Source: Lepidodermella squamata | Taxonomy: Eukaryota > Animalia > Gastrotricha | Assembly (NCBI GenBank): GCA_047495785.1 | Contig: JBLDXI010000063.1 | Span: 366,752-430,751 of the forward strand | DNA length: 64,000 nt | Reading direction: 5' to 3' | Shown here: positions 54,101 through 64,000 of the stretch, piece by piece | How the letters are laid out: the number at the start of each line of letters is the position of its first letter | Numbering within the stretch: position 1 is the stretch's first letter | The notes under the pieces: generated by a model | What the model was told of the DNA's origin: nothing | The model's input: only the letters and a program-made list of their open reading frames with translations | Databases searched by the model: none | Program-made: the position numbers and the translations under genes

Positions 54101-56000
54101 AGCAATTGCAAACGCAATGGCAGCCGATTGAGGCACATCGCTGTTGACGCGGTATTCGCAGCAAGCCTGAGCGGGCTAACATGGCTGTTTTCAGCCGTTT
54201 CACGTACTGCCGGTATTCGGCATCATCCCACTCGTGGCGAATCAACGCCATCCGTGCATCATTCGATCGTGGCAGCAATTGCAAACGAAATAGCACCCGA
54301 TTGAGGCACATCGCTGTTGACGCGGTATTCGCAGCAAGCCTGAGCGGGCTGACATGGCTGTTTTCAGCCGTCGCACGTACTGCCGGTATTCGGCATCATC
54401 CCACTCATGGCGAATCTACGCCATCCGTGCATCATTCGATCGTGGCAGCAATTGCAAACGCAATGGCAGCCGATTGAGGCACATCGCTGTCGACGCGGTA
54501 TTCGTAGCGAGCCTGAGCGGGCTAACATGGCTGTTTTTTACCGTTTCACGTACTGCCAGTATTCGGCATCAGCCCACTCAGCCCATCAACGCAATCCGTA
54601 CATCATTCGATCGTGGCAGCAATTGCAAACGCAATGGCAGCCGATTGAGGCACATCGCTGTTGACGCGGTATTCGCAGCAAGCCTGAGCGGGCTAACATG
54701 GCTGTTTTCAGCCGTTTCACGTACTGCCGGTATTCGGCATCATCCCACTCGTGGCGAATCAACGCCATCCGTGCATCATTCGATCGTGGCAGCAATTGCA
54801 AACGAAATAGCACCCGATTGAGGCACATCGCTGTCGACGCGGTATTCGCAGCAAGCCTGAGCGGGCTAACATGGCTGTTTTCAGCCGTCACACGTACTGC
54901 CGGTATTCGGCATCATGCCCACTCGTGGCAAATCAACGCAATCCGTACATCATTCGATCGTGGCAGCAATTGCAAACGAAATAGCAGCCGATTGAGGCAC
55001 ATCGCTGTCGACGCGGTATTCGTAGCGAGCCTGAGCGGGCTAACATGGCTGTTTTCAGCCGTTTCACGTACTGCCGGTATTCGGCATCATCCCACTCGTG
55101 GCGAATCAACGCCATCCGTGCATCATTCGATCGTGGCAGCAATTGCAAACGCAATAGCACCCGATTGAGGCACATCGCTGTTGACGCGGTATTCGTAGCG
55201 AGCCTGAGCGGGCTAACATGGCTGTTTTCAGCCGTCACACGTACTGCCGGTATTCGGCATCATGCCCACTCGTGGCGAATCAACGCCATCCGTGCATCAT
55301 TCGATCGTGGCAGCAATTGCAAACGCAATGGCAGCCGATTGAGGCACATCGCTGTTGACGCGGTATTCGCAGCAAGCCTGAGCGGGCTAACATGGCTGTT
55401 TTCAGCCGTCACACGTACTGCCGGTATTCGGCATCATGCCCACTCGTGGCAAATCAACGCAATCCGTACATCATTCGATCGTGGCAGCAATTGCAAACGA
55501 AATAGCACCCGATTGAGGCACATCGCTGTCGACGCGGTATTCGCAGCAAGCCTGAGCGGGCTAACATGGCTGTTTTCAGCCGTCACACGTACTGCCGGTA
55601 TTCGGCATCATGCCCACTCGTGGCAAATCAACGCAATCCGTACATCATTCGATCGTGGCAGCAATTGCAAACGAAATAGCACCCGATTGAGGCACATCGC
55701 TGTCGACGCGGTATGGCGTATGGCGTAGCGGCATGGCGTAGCGAGCCTGAGCGGGCTAACATGGCTGTTTTCAGCCGTCACACGTACTGCCAGTATTCGG
55801 CATCATGCCCACTCGTGGCGAATCAACGCCATCCGTGCATCATTCGATCGTGGCAGCAATTGCAAACGAAATAGCACCCGATTGAGGCACATCGCTGTCG
55901 ACGCGGTATTCGCAGCGAGCCTGAGCGGGCTGACATGGTTGTTTTCAGCCGTTTAAAGTACTGCCGGTATTCGGCATCATGCACACTCGTGGCGAATCAA
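51101..56000 (+). repeat. Second, shorter occurrence of domain A
   Basis: The +21 insertion reappears at 51660, 52202, 53438 and 55713. The rare SNP GCCCAGTCG at 52106 matches 1027. Confidence 0.8.
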
Positions 56001-59000
56001 CGCCATCCGTGCATCATTCGATCGTGGCAGCAATTGCAAACGCAATAGCAGCCGATTGAGGCACATCGCTGTTGACGCGGTATTCGTAGCGAGCCTGAGC
56101 GGGCTAACATGGCTGTTTTCAGCCGTCGCACGTACTGCCGGTATTCGGCATCATGCACACTCGTGGCTAATCAACGCCATCCGTGCATCATTCGATCGTG
56201 GCAGCAATTGCAAACGAAATAGCACCCGATTGAGGCACATCGCTGTCGACGCGGTATTCGCAGCAAGCCTGAGCGGGCTAACATGGCTGTTTTCAGCCGT
56301 CACACGTACTGCCGGTATTCGGCATCATCCCACTCATGGCGAATCTACGCCATCCGTGCATCATTCGATCGTGGCAGCAATTGCAAACGCAATGGCAGCC
56401 GATTGAGGCACATCGCTGTTGACGCGGTATTCGCAGCAAGCCTGAGCGGGCTAACATGGCTGTTTTCAGCCGTCGCACGTACTGCCGGTATTCGGCATCA
56501 TGCACACTCGTGGCGAATCAACGCCATCCGTGCATCATTCGATCGTGGCAGCAATTGCAAACGAAATAGCACCCGATTGAGGCACATCGCTGTTGACGCG
56601 GTATTCGCAGCAAGCCTGAGCGGGCTAACATGGCTGTTTTCAGCCGTTTCACGTACTGCCGGTATTCGGCATCATGCCCACTCGTGGCAAATCAACGCAA
56701 TCCGTACATCATTCGATCGTGGCAGCAATTGCAAACGAAATAGCACCCGATTGAGGCACATCGCTGTTGACGCGGTATTCCCAGCGAGCCTGAGCGGGCT
56801 AACATGGCTGTTTTCAGCCGTCACACGTACTGCCAGTATTCGGCATCATGCCCACTCGTGGCGAATCAACGCCATCCGTGCATCATTCGATCGTGGCAGC
56901 AATTGCAAACGAAATAGCACCCGATTGAGGCACATCGCTGTTGACGCGGTATTCGCAGCAAGCCTGAGCGGGCTAACATGGCTGTTTTCAGCCGTTTCAC
57001 GTAATGCCGGTATTCGGCATCATGCACACTCGTGGCGAATCAACGCCATCCGTGCATCATTCGATCGTGGCAGCAATTGCAAACGAAATAGCACCCGATT
57101 GAGGCACATCGCTGTTGACGCGGTATTCCCAGCGAGCCTGAGCGGGCTAACATGGCTGTTTTCAGCCGTCACACGTACTGCCAGTATTCGGCATCATGCC
57201 CACTCGTGGCGAATCAACGCCATCCGTGCATCATTCGATCGTGGCAGCAATTGCAAACGAAATAGCACCCGATTGAGGCACATCGCTGTTGACGCGGTAT
57301 TCGCAGCAAGCCTGAGCGGGCTAACATGGCTGTTTTCAGCCGTTTCACGTAATGCCGGTATTCGGCATCATGCACACTCGTGGCGAATCAACGCCATCCG
57401 TGCATCATTCGATCGTGGCAGCAATTGCAAACGAAATAGCACCCGATTGAGGCACATCGCTGTTGACGCGGTATTCCCAGCGAGCCTGAGCGGGCTAACA
57501 TGGCTGTTTTCAGCCGTCACACGTACTGCCAGTATTCGGCATCATGCCCACTCGTGGCGAATCAACGCCATCCGTGCATCATTCGATCGTGGCAGCAATT
57601 GCAAACGAAATAGCACCCGATTGAGGCACATCGCTGTTGACGCGGTATTCGCAGCAAGCCTGAGCGGGCTAACATGGCTGTTTTCAGCCGTTTCACGTAC
57701 TGCCGGTATTCGGCATCATGCCCACTCGTGGCAAATCAACGCAATCCGTACATCATTCGATCGTGGCAGCAATTGCAAACGAAATAGCACCCGATTGAGG
57801 CACATCGCTGTCGACGCGGTATTCGCAGCGAGCCTGAGCGGGCTGACATGGTTGTTTTCAGCCGTTTAAAGTACTGCCGGTATTCGGCATCATGCCCACT
57901 CGTGGCGAATCAACGCCATCCGTGCATCATTCGATCGTGGCAGCAATTGCAAACGCAATAGCACCCGATTGAGGCACATCGCTGTTGACGCGGTATTCGT
58001 AGCGAGCCTGAGCGGGCTAACATGGCTGTTTTCAGCCGTCGCACGTACTGCCGGTATTCGGCATCATGCACACTCGTGGCTAATCAACGCCATCCGTGCA
58101 TCATTCGATCGTGGCAGCAATTGCAAACGAAATAGCACCCGATTGAGGCACATCGCTGTTGACGCGGTATTCGCAGCAAGCCTGAGCGGGCTGACATGGC
58201 TGTTTTCAGCCATCGCACGTACTGCCGGTATTCGGCATCATCCCACTCATGGCGAATCTACGCCATCCGTGCATCATTCGATCTTGGCAGCAATTGCAAA
58301 CGAAATAGCACCCGATTGAGGCACATCGCTGTTGACGCGGTATTCGCAGCAAGCCTGAGCGGGCTAACATGGCTGTTTTCAGCCGTCGCACGTACTGCCG
58401 GTATTCGGCATCATGCACACTCGTGGCTAATCAACGCCATCCGTGCATCATTCGATCGTGGCAGCAATTGCAAACGCAATAGCACCCGATTGAGGCACAT
58501 CGCTGTTGACGCGGTATTCGTAGCGAGCCTGAGCGGGCTAACATGGCTGTTTTCAGCCGTCGCACGTACTGCCGGTATTCGGCATCATGCACACTCGTGG
58601 CGAATCAACGCCATCCGTGCATCATTCGATCGTGGCAGCAATTGCAAACGAAATAGCACCCGATTGAGGCACATCGCTGTTGACGCGGTATTCGCAGCAA
58701 GCCTGAGCGGGCTAACATGGCTGTTTTCAGCCGTCACACGTACTGCCGGTATTCGGCATCATGCCCACTCGTGGCAAATCAACGCAATCCGTACATCATT
58801 CGATCGTGGCAGCAATTGCAAACGAAATAGCACCCGATTGAGGCACATCGCTGTTGACGCGGTATTCCCAGCGAGCCTGAGCGGGCTAACACGGCTGTTT
58901 TCAGCCGTCACAGGTACTGCCAGTATTCGGCATCATGCCCACTCGTGGCGAATCAACGCCATCCGTGCATCATTCGATCGTGGCAGCAATTGCAAACGAA

Positions 59001-62000
59001 ATAGCACCCGATTGAGGCACATCGCTGTCGACGCGGTATTCGCAGCGAGCCTGAGCGGGCTGACATGGTTGTTTTCAGCCGTTTAAAGTACTGCCGGTAT
59101 TCGGCATCATGCCCACTCGTGGCGAATCAACGCCATCCGTGCATCATTCGATCGTGGCAGCAATTGCAAACGCAATAGCACCCGATTGAGGCACATCGCT
59201 GTTGACGCGGTATTCGTAGCGAGCCTGAGCGGGCTAACATGGCTGTTTTCAGCCGTCGCACGTACTGCCGGTATTCGGCATCATGCACACTCGTGGCTAA
59301 TCAACGCCATCCGTGCATCATTCGATCGTGGCAGCAATTGCAAACGAAATAGCACCCGATTGAGGCACATCGCTGTTGACGCGGTATTCGCAGCAAGCCT
59401 GAGCGGGCTGACATGGCTGTTTTCAGCCATCGCACGTACTGCCGGTATTCGGCATCATCCCACTCATGGCGAATCTACGCCATCCGTGCATCATTCGATC
59501 TTGGCAGCAATTGCAAACGAAATAGCACCCGATTGAGGCACATCGCTGTTGACGCGGTATTCGCAGCAAGCCTGAGCGGGCTAACATGGCTGTTTTCAGC
59601 CGTCGCACGTACTGCCGGTATTCGGCATCATGCCCACTCGTGGCAAATCAACGCAATCCGTACATCATTCGATCGTGGCAGCAATTGCAAACGAAATAGC
59701 ACCCGATTGAGGCACATCGCTGTTGACGCCGTATTCCCAGCGAGCCTGAGCGGGCTAACATGGCTGTTTTCAGCCGTCACACGTACTGCCAGTATTCGGC
59801 ATCATGCCCACTCGTGGCGAATCAACGCCATACGTGCATCATTCGATCGTGGCAGCAATTGCAAACGAAATAGCACCCGATTGAGGCACATCGCTGTCGA
59901 CGCGGTATTCGCAGCGAGCCTGAGCGGGCTGACATGGTTGTTTTCAGCCGTTTAAAGTACTGCCGGTATTCGGCATCATGCCCACTCGTGGCGAATCAAC
60001 GCCATCCGTGCATCATTCGATCGTGGCAGCAATTGCAAACGAAATAGCACCCGATTGAGGCACATCGCTGTTGACGCGGTATTCCCAGCGAGCCTGAGCG
60101 GGCTAACATGGCTGTTTTCAGCCGTCGCACGTACTGCCGGTATTCGGCATCATGCCCACTCGTGGCAAATCAACGCAATCCGTACATCATTCGATCGTGG
60201 CAGCAATTGCAAACGAAATAGCACCCGATTGAGGCACATCGCTGTTGACGCGGTATTCCCAGCGAGCCTGAGCGGGCTAACACGGCTGTTTTCAGCCGTC
60301 ACAGGTACTGCCAGTATTCGGCATCATGCCCACTCGTGGCGAATCAACGCCATCCGTGCATCATTCGATCGTGGCAGCAATTGCAAACGAAATAGCACCC
60401 GATTGAGGCACATCGCTGTCGACGCGGTATTCGCAGCGAGCCTGAGCGGGCTAACATGGCTGTTTTCAGCCGTCACACGTACTGCCAGTATTCGGCATCA
60501 TGCCCACTCGTGGCGAATCAACGCCATCCGTGCATCATTCGATCGTGGCAGCAATTGCAAACGCAATAGCACCCGATTGAGGCACATCGCTGTTGACGCG
60601 GTATTCGTAGCGAGCCTGAGCGGGCTGACATGGTTGTTTTCAGCCGTTTAAAGTACTGCCGGTATTCGGCATCATGCCCACTCGTGGCTAATCAACGCCA
60701 TCCGTGCATCATTCGATCGTGGCAGCAATTGCAAACGAAATAGCACCCGATTGAGGCACATCGCTGTTGACGCGGTATTCGCAGCAAGCCTGAGCGGGCT
60801 GACATGGCTGTTTTCAGCCATCGCACGTACTGCCGGTATTCGGCATCATCCCACTCATGGCGAATCTACGCCATCCGTGCATCATTCGATCTTGGCAGCA
60901 ATTGCAAACGAAATAGCACCCGATTGAGGCACATCGCTGTTGACGCGGTATTCGCAGCAAGCCTGAGCGGGCTAACATGGCTGTTTTCAGCCGTCGCACG
61001 TACTGCCGGTATTCGGCATCATGCCCACTCGTGGCAAATCAACGCAATCCGTACATCATTCGATCGTGGCAGCAATTGCAAACGAAATAGCACCCGATTG
61101 AGGCACATCGCTGTTGACGCGGTATTCCCAGCGAGCCTGAGCGGGCTAACATGGTTGTTTTCAGCCGTTTAAAGTACTGCCGGTATTCGGCATCATGCCC
61201 ACTCGTGGCGAATCAACGCCATCCGTGCATCATTCGATCGTGGCAGCAATTGCAAACGCAATAGCACCCGATTGAGGCACATCGCTGTTGACGCGGTATT
61301 CGTAGCGAGCCCGAGCGGGCTAACATGGCTGTTTTCAGCCGTCGCACGTACTGCCGGTATTCGGCATCATGCACACTCGTGGCGAATCAACGCCATCCGT
61401 GCATCATTCGATCGTGGCAGCAATTGCAAACGAAATAGCACCCGATTGAGGCACATCGCTGTTGACACGGTATTCGCAGCAAGCCTGAGCGGGCTGACAT
61501 GGCTGTTTTCAGCCATCGCACGTACTGACGGCATTCGGCATCATGCACACTCGTGGCGAATCAACGCCATCCGTGCATCATTCGATCGTGGCAGCAATTG
61601 CAAACGAAATAGCACCCGATTGAGGCACATCGCTGTTGACGCGGTATTCGTAGCGAGCCTGAGCGGGCTAACATGGCTGTTTTCAGCCGTCGCACGTACT
61701 GCCGGTATTCGGCATCATGCACACTCGTGGCGAATCAACGCCATCCGTGCATCATTCGATCGTGGCAGCAATTGCAAACGAAATAGCACCCGATTGAGGC
61801 ACATCGCTGTCGACGCGGTATTCGCAGCGAGCCTGAGCGGGCTGACATGGTTGTTTTCAGCCGTTTAAAGTACTGCCGGTATTCGGCATCATGCCCACTC
61901 GTGGCGAATCAACGCCATCCGTGCATCATTCGATCGTGGCAGCAATTGCAAACGCAATAGCACCCGATTGAGGCACATCGCTGTTGACGCGGTATTCGTA

Positions 62001-63983
62001 GCGAGCCTGAGCGGGCTAACATGGCTGTTTTCAGCCGTCGCACGTACTGCCGGTATTCGGCATCATGCACACTCGTGGCGAATAAACGCCATCCGTGCAT
62101 CATTCGATCGTGGCAGCAATTGCAAACGAAATAGCACCCGATTGAGGCACATCGCTGTTGACGCGGTATTCGCAGCAAGCCTGAGCGGGCTGACATGGCT
62201 GTTTTCAGCCATCGCACGTACTGCCGGTATTCGGCATCATGCCCACTCGTGGCGAATAAACGCCATCCGTGCATCATTCGATCGTGGCAGCAATTGCAAA
62301 CGCAATAGCACCCGATTGAGGCACATCGCTGTTGACGCGGTATTCGCAGCGAGCCTGAGCGGGCTGACATGGTTGTTTTCAGCCGTTTAAAGTACTGCCG
62401 GTATTCGGCATCATGCCCACTCGTGGCGAATCAACGCCATCCGTGCATCATTCGATCTTGGCAGCAATTGCAAACGAAATAGCACCCGATTGAGGCACAT
62501 CGCTGTTGACGCGGTATTCGCAGCAAGCCTGAGCGGGCTGACATGGCTGTTTTCAGCCGTCGCACGTACTGCGGGTATTCGGCATCATCCCACTCATGGC
62601 GAATCTACGCCATCCGTGCATCATTCGATCGTGGCAGCAATTGCAAACGCAATGGCAGCCGATTGAGGCACATCGCTGTTGACGCGGTATTCGCAGCAAG
62701 CCTGAGCGGGCTGACATGGCTGTTTTCAGCCATCGCACGTACTGCCGGTATTCGGCATCATGCCCACTCGTGGCGAATCAACGCCATCCGTGCATCATTC
62801 GATCGTGGCAGCAATTGCAAACGAAATAGCACCCGATTGAGGCACATCGCTGTTGACGCGGTATTCGCAGCAAGCCTGAGCGGGCTGACATGGCTGTTTT
62901 CAGCCATCGCACGTACTGCCGGTATTCGGCATCATGCCCACTCGTGGCGAATAAACGCCATCCGTGCATCATTCGATCGTGGCAGCAATTGCAAACGCAA
63001 TAGCACCCGATTGAGGCACATCGCTGTTGACGCGGTATTCGCAGCGAGCCTGAGCGGGCTGACATGGTTGTTTTCAGCCGTTTAAAGTACTGCCGGTATT
63101 CGGCATCATGCCCACTCGTGGCGAATCAACGCCATCCGTGCATCATTCGATCTTGGCAGCAATTGCAAACGAAATAGCACCCGATTGAGGCACATCGCTG
63201 TTGACGCGGTATTCGCAGCAAGCCTGAGCGGGCTGACATGGCTGTTTTCAGCCGTCGCACGTACTGCGGGTATTCGGCATCATCCCACTCATGGCGAATC
63301 TACGCCATCCGTGCATCATTCGATCGTGGCAGCAATTGCAAACGCAATGGCAGCCGATTGAGGCACATCGCTGTTGACGCGGTATTCGCAGCAAGCCTGA
63401 GCGGGCTGACATGGCTGTTTTCAGCCATCGCACGTACTGCCGGTATTCGGCATCATGCCCACTCGTGGCGAATCAACGCCATCCGTGCATCATTCGATCG
63501 TGGCAGCAATTGCAAACGAAATAGCACCCGATTGAGGCACATCGCTGTTGACGCGGTATTCGCAGCAAGCCTGAGCGGGCTGACATGGCTGTTTTCAGCC
63601 ATCGCACGTACTGCCGGTATTCGGCATCATCCCACTCATGGCGAATCTACGCCATCCGTGCATCATTCGATCTTGGCAGCAATTGCAAACGAAATAGCAC
63701 CCGATTGAGGCACATCGCTGTCGACGCGGTATTCGCAGCGAGCCTGAGCGGGCTGACATGGTTGTTTTCAGCCGTTTAAAGTACTGCCGGTATTCGGCAT
63801 CATGCCCACTCGTGGCGAATCAACGCCATCCGTGCATCATTCGATCTTGGCAGCAATTGCAAACGAAATAGCACCCGATTGAGGCACATCGCTGTTGACG
63901 CGGTATTCGCAGCAAGCCTGAGCGGGCTGACATGGCTGTTTTCAGCCGTCGCACGTACTGCGGGTATTCGGCATCATCCCACT
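56001..63983 (+). repeat. Second occurrence of B-like domain, ending in a 695-bp (4-monomer) periodic block
   Basis: GGCTAATC, TTCCCAGCG, GATCTTGG, AGCCCGAGC (61310) and ACTGACGG return. Variant ACTGCGGG recurs at about 62570, 63265 and 63960 (period 695). Confidence 0.75.
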
Positions 63984-64000
63984 ACTCTCACGAGATGTGT
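63984..64000 (-). other. Reverse complement of the 17-mer (ACTCTCACGAGATGTGT) at the window end, probable read or contig terminus barcode
   Basis: Satellite stops at ...CATCATCCCACT (63983) and the last 17 bases are the exact reverse complement of ACACATCTCGTGAGAGT. Confidence 0.9.

Larger units (their letters stand above)
1..63983 (+). repeat. Tandem satellite DNA array, ~174-bp monomer, ~366 copies, uniform orientation except 50410-50605
   Basis: Monomer 1-174 (GTGGCAGCAATTGCAAACG...GCATCATTCGATC) restarts at 175 and continues across the window with only SNPs and small indels. Recurrent length variants are 173 bp (CATCATCCC for CATCATGCCC), 178 bp and ~195 bp. Hand count of the first monomer gives 97/174 G+C and 18 CpG. 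Confidence 0.99.

Noticed and set aside
56283-57869. 528-aa ORF and all other 58-aa-repeat ORFs (RHIAVDAVFAASLSGLTWLFSAV...)
   Set aside because: They arise because 174 is divisible by 3 and one frame lacks stops. The frame is freely broken by amplified TAA (GTTTAAAG), -1 and +4 alleles and by a stop within the +21 insertion. There are no unique termini or recognisable domains.
1-63983. CRISPR array or other repeat-spacer / cassette system
   Set aside because: There are no unique spacers. The entire unit repeats, and no cas, integrase or recombinase gene is present.
43017-64000. 17-mer as transposon TIR, invertase site or telomere-addition / chromosome-breakage signal
   Set aside because: No target-site duplication, the replacements are length-neutral, only one side of the inversion carries it, no enzyme gene is present, and the sequence matches a recalled PacBio barcode. 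Artefact is more parsimonious.

Overview
The whole window is one head-to-tail tandem array of a ~174-bp, ~56% GC, CpG-rich satellite monomer (about 366 copies). It resembles eukaryotic satellite or (peri)centromeric DNA. I cannot assign an organism or a named family. There is no credible gene, RNA gene, transposon or CRISPR array; the ORFs are by-products of a 174 = 58 x 3 bp repeat. The array is organised into variant-defined domains (A, B, C, then A and B again) and contains nested multi-monomer duplications of about 0.5-5.7 kb. The only foreign sequence is the 17-mer ACACATCTCGTGAGAGT, found at 43017, at 50393 (followed by a ~196-bp inverted satellite segment), and reverse-complemented at 63984-64000. 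It looks like a novel element, but I recall it as PacBio barcode bc1003 plus the T overhang, so it most likely marks untrimmed read ends in the assembly. I found no convincing new biological system. The biologically interesting signals are the hairpin-rich monomer, templated micro-insertions, CpG-centred variation and the layered expansion history.
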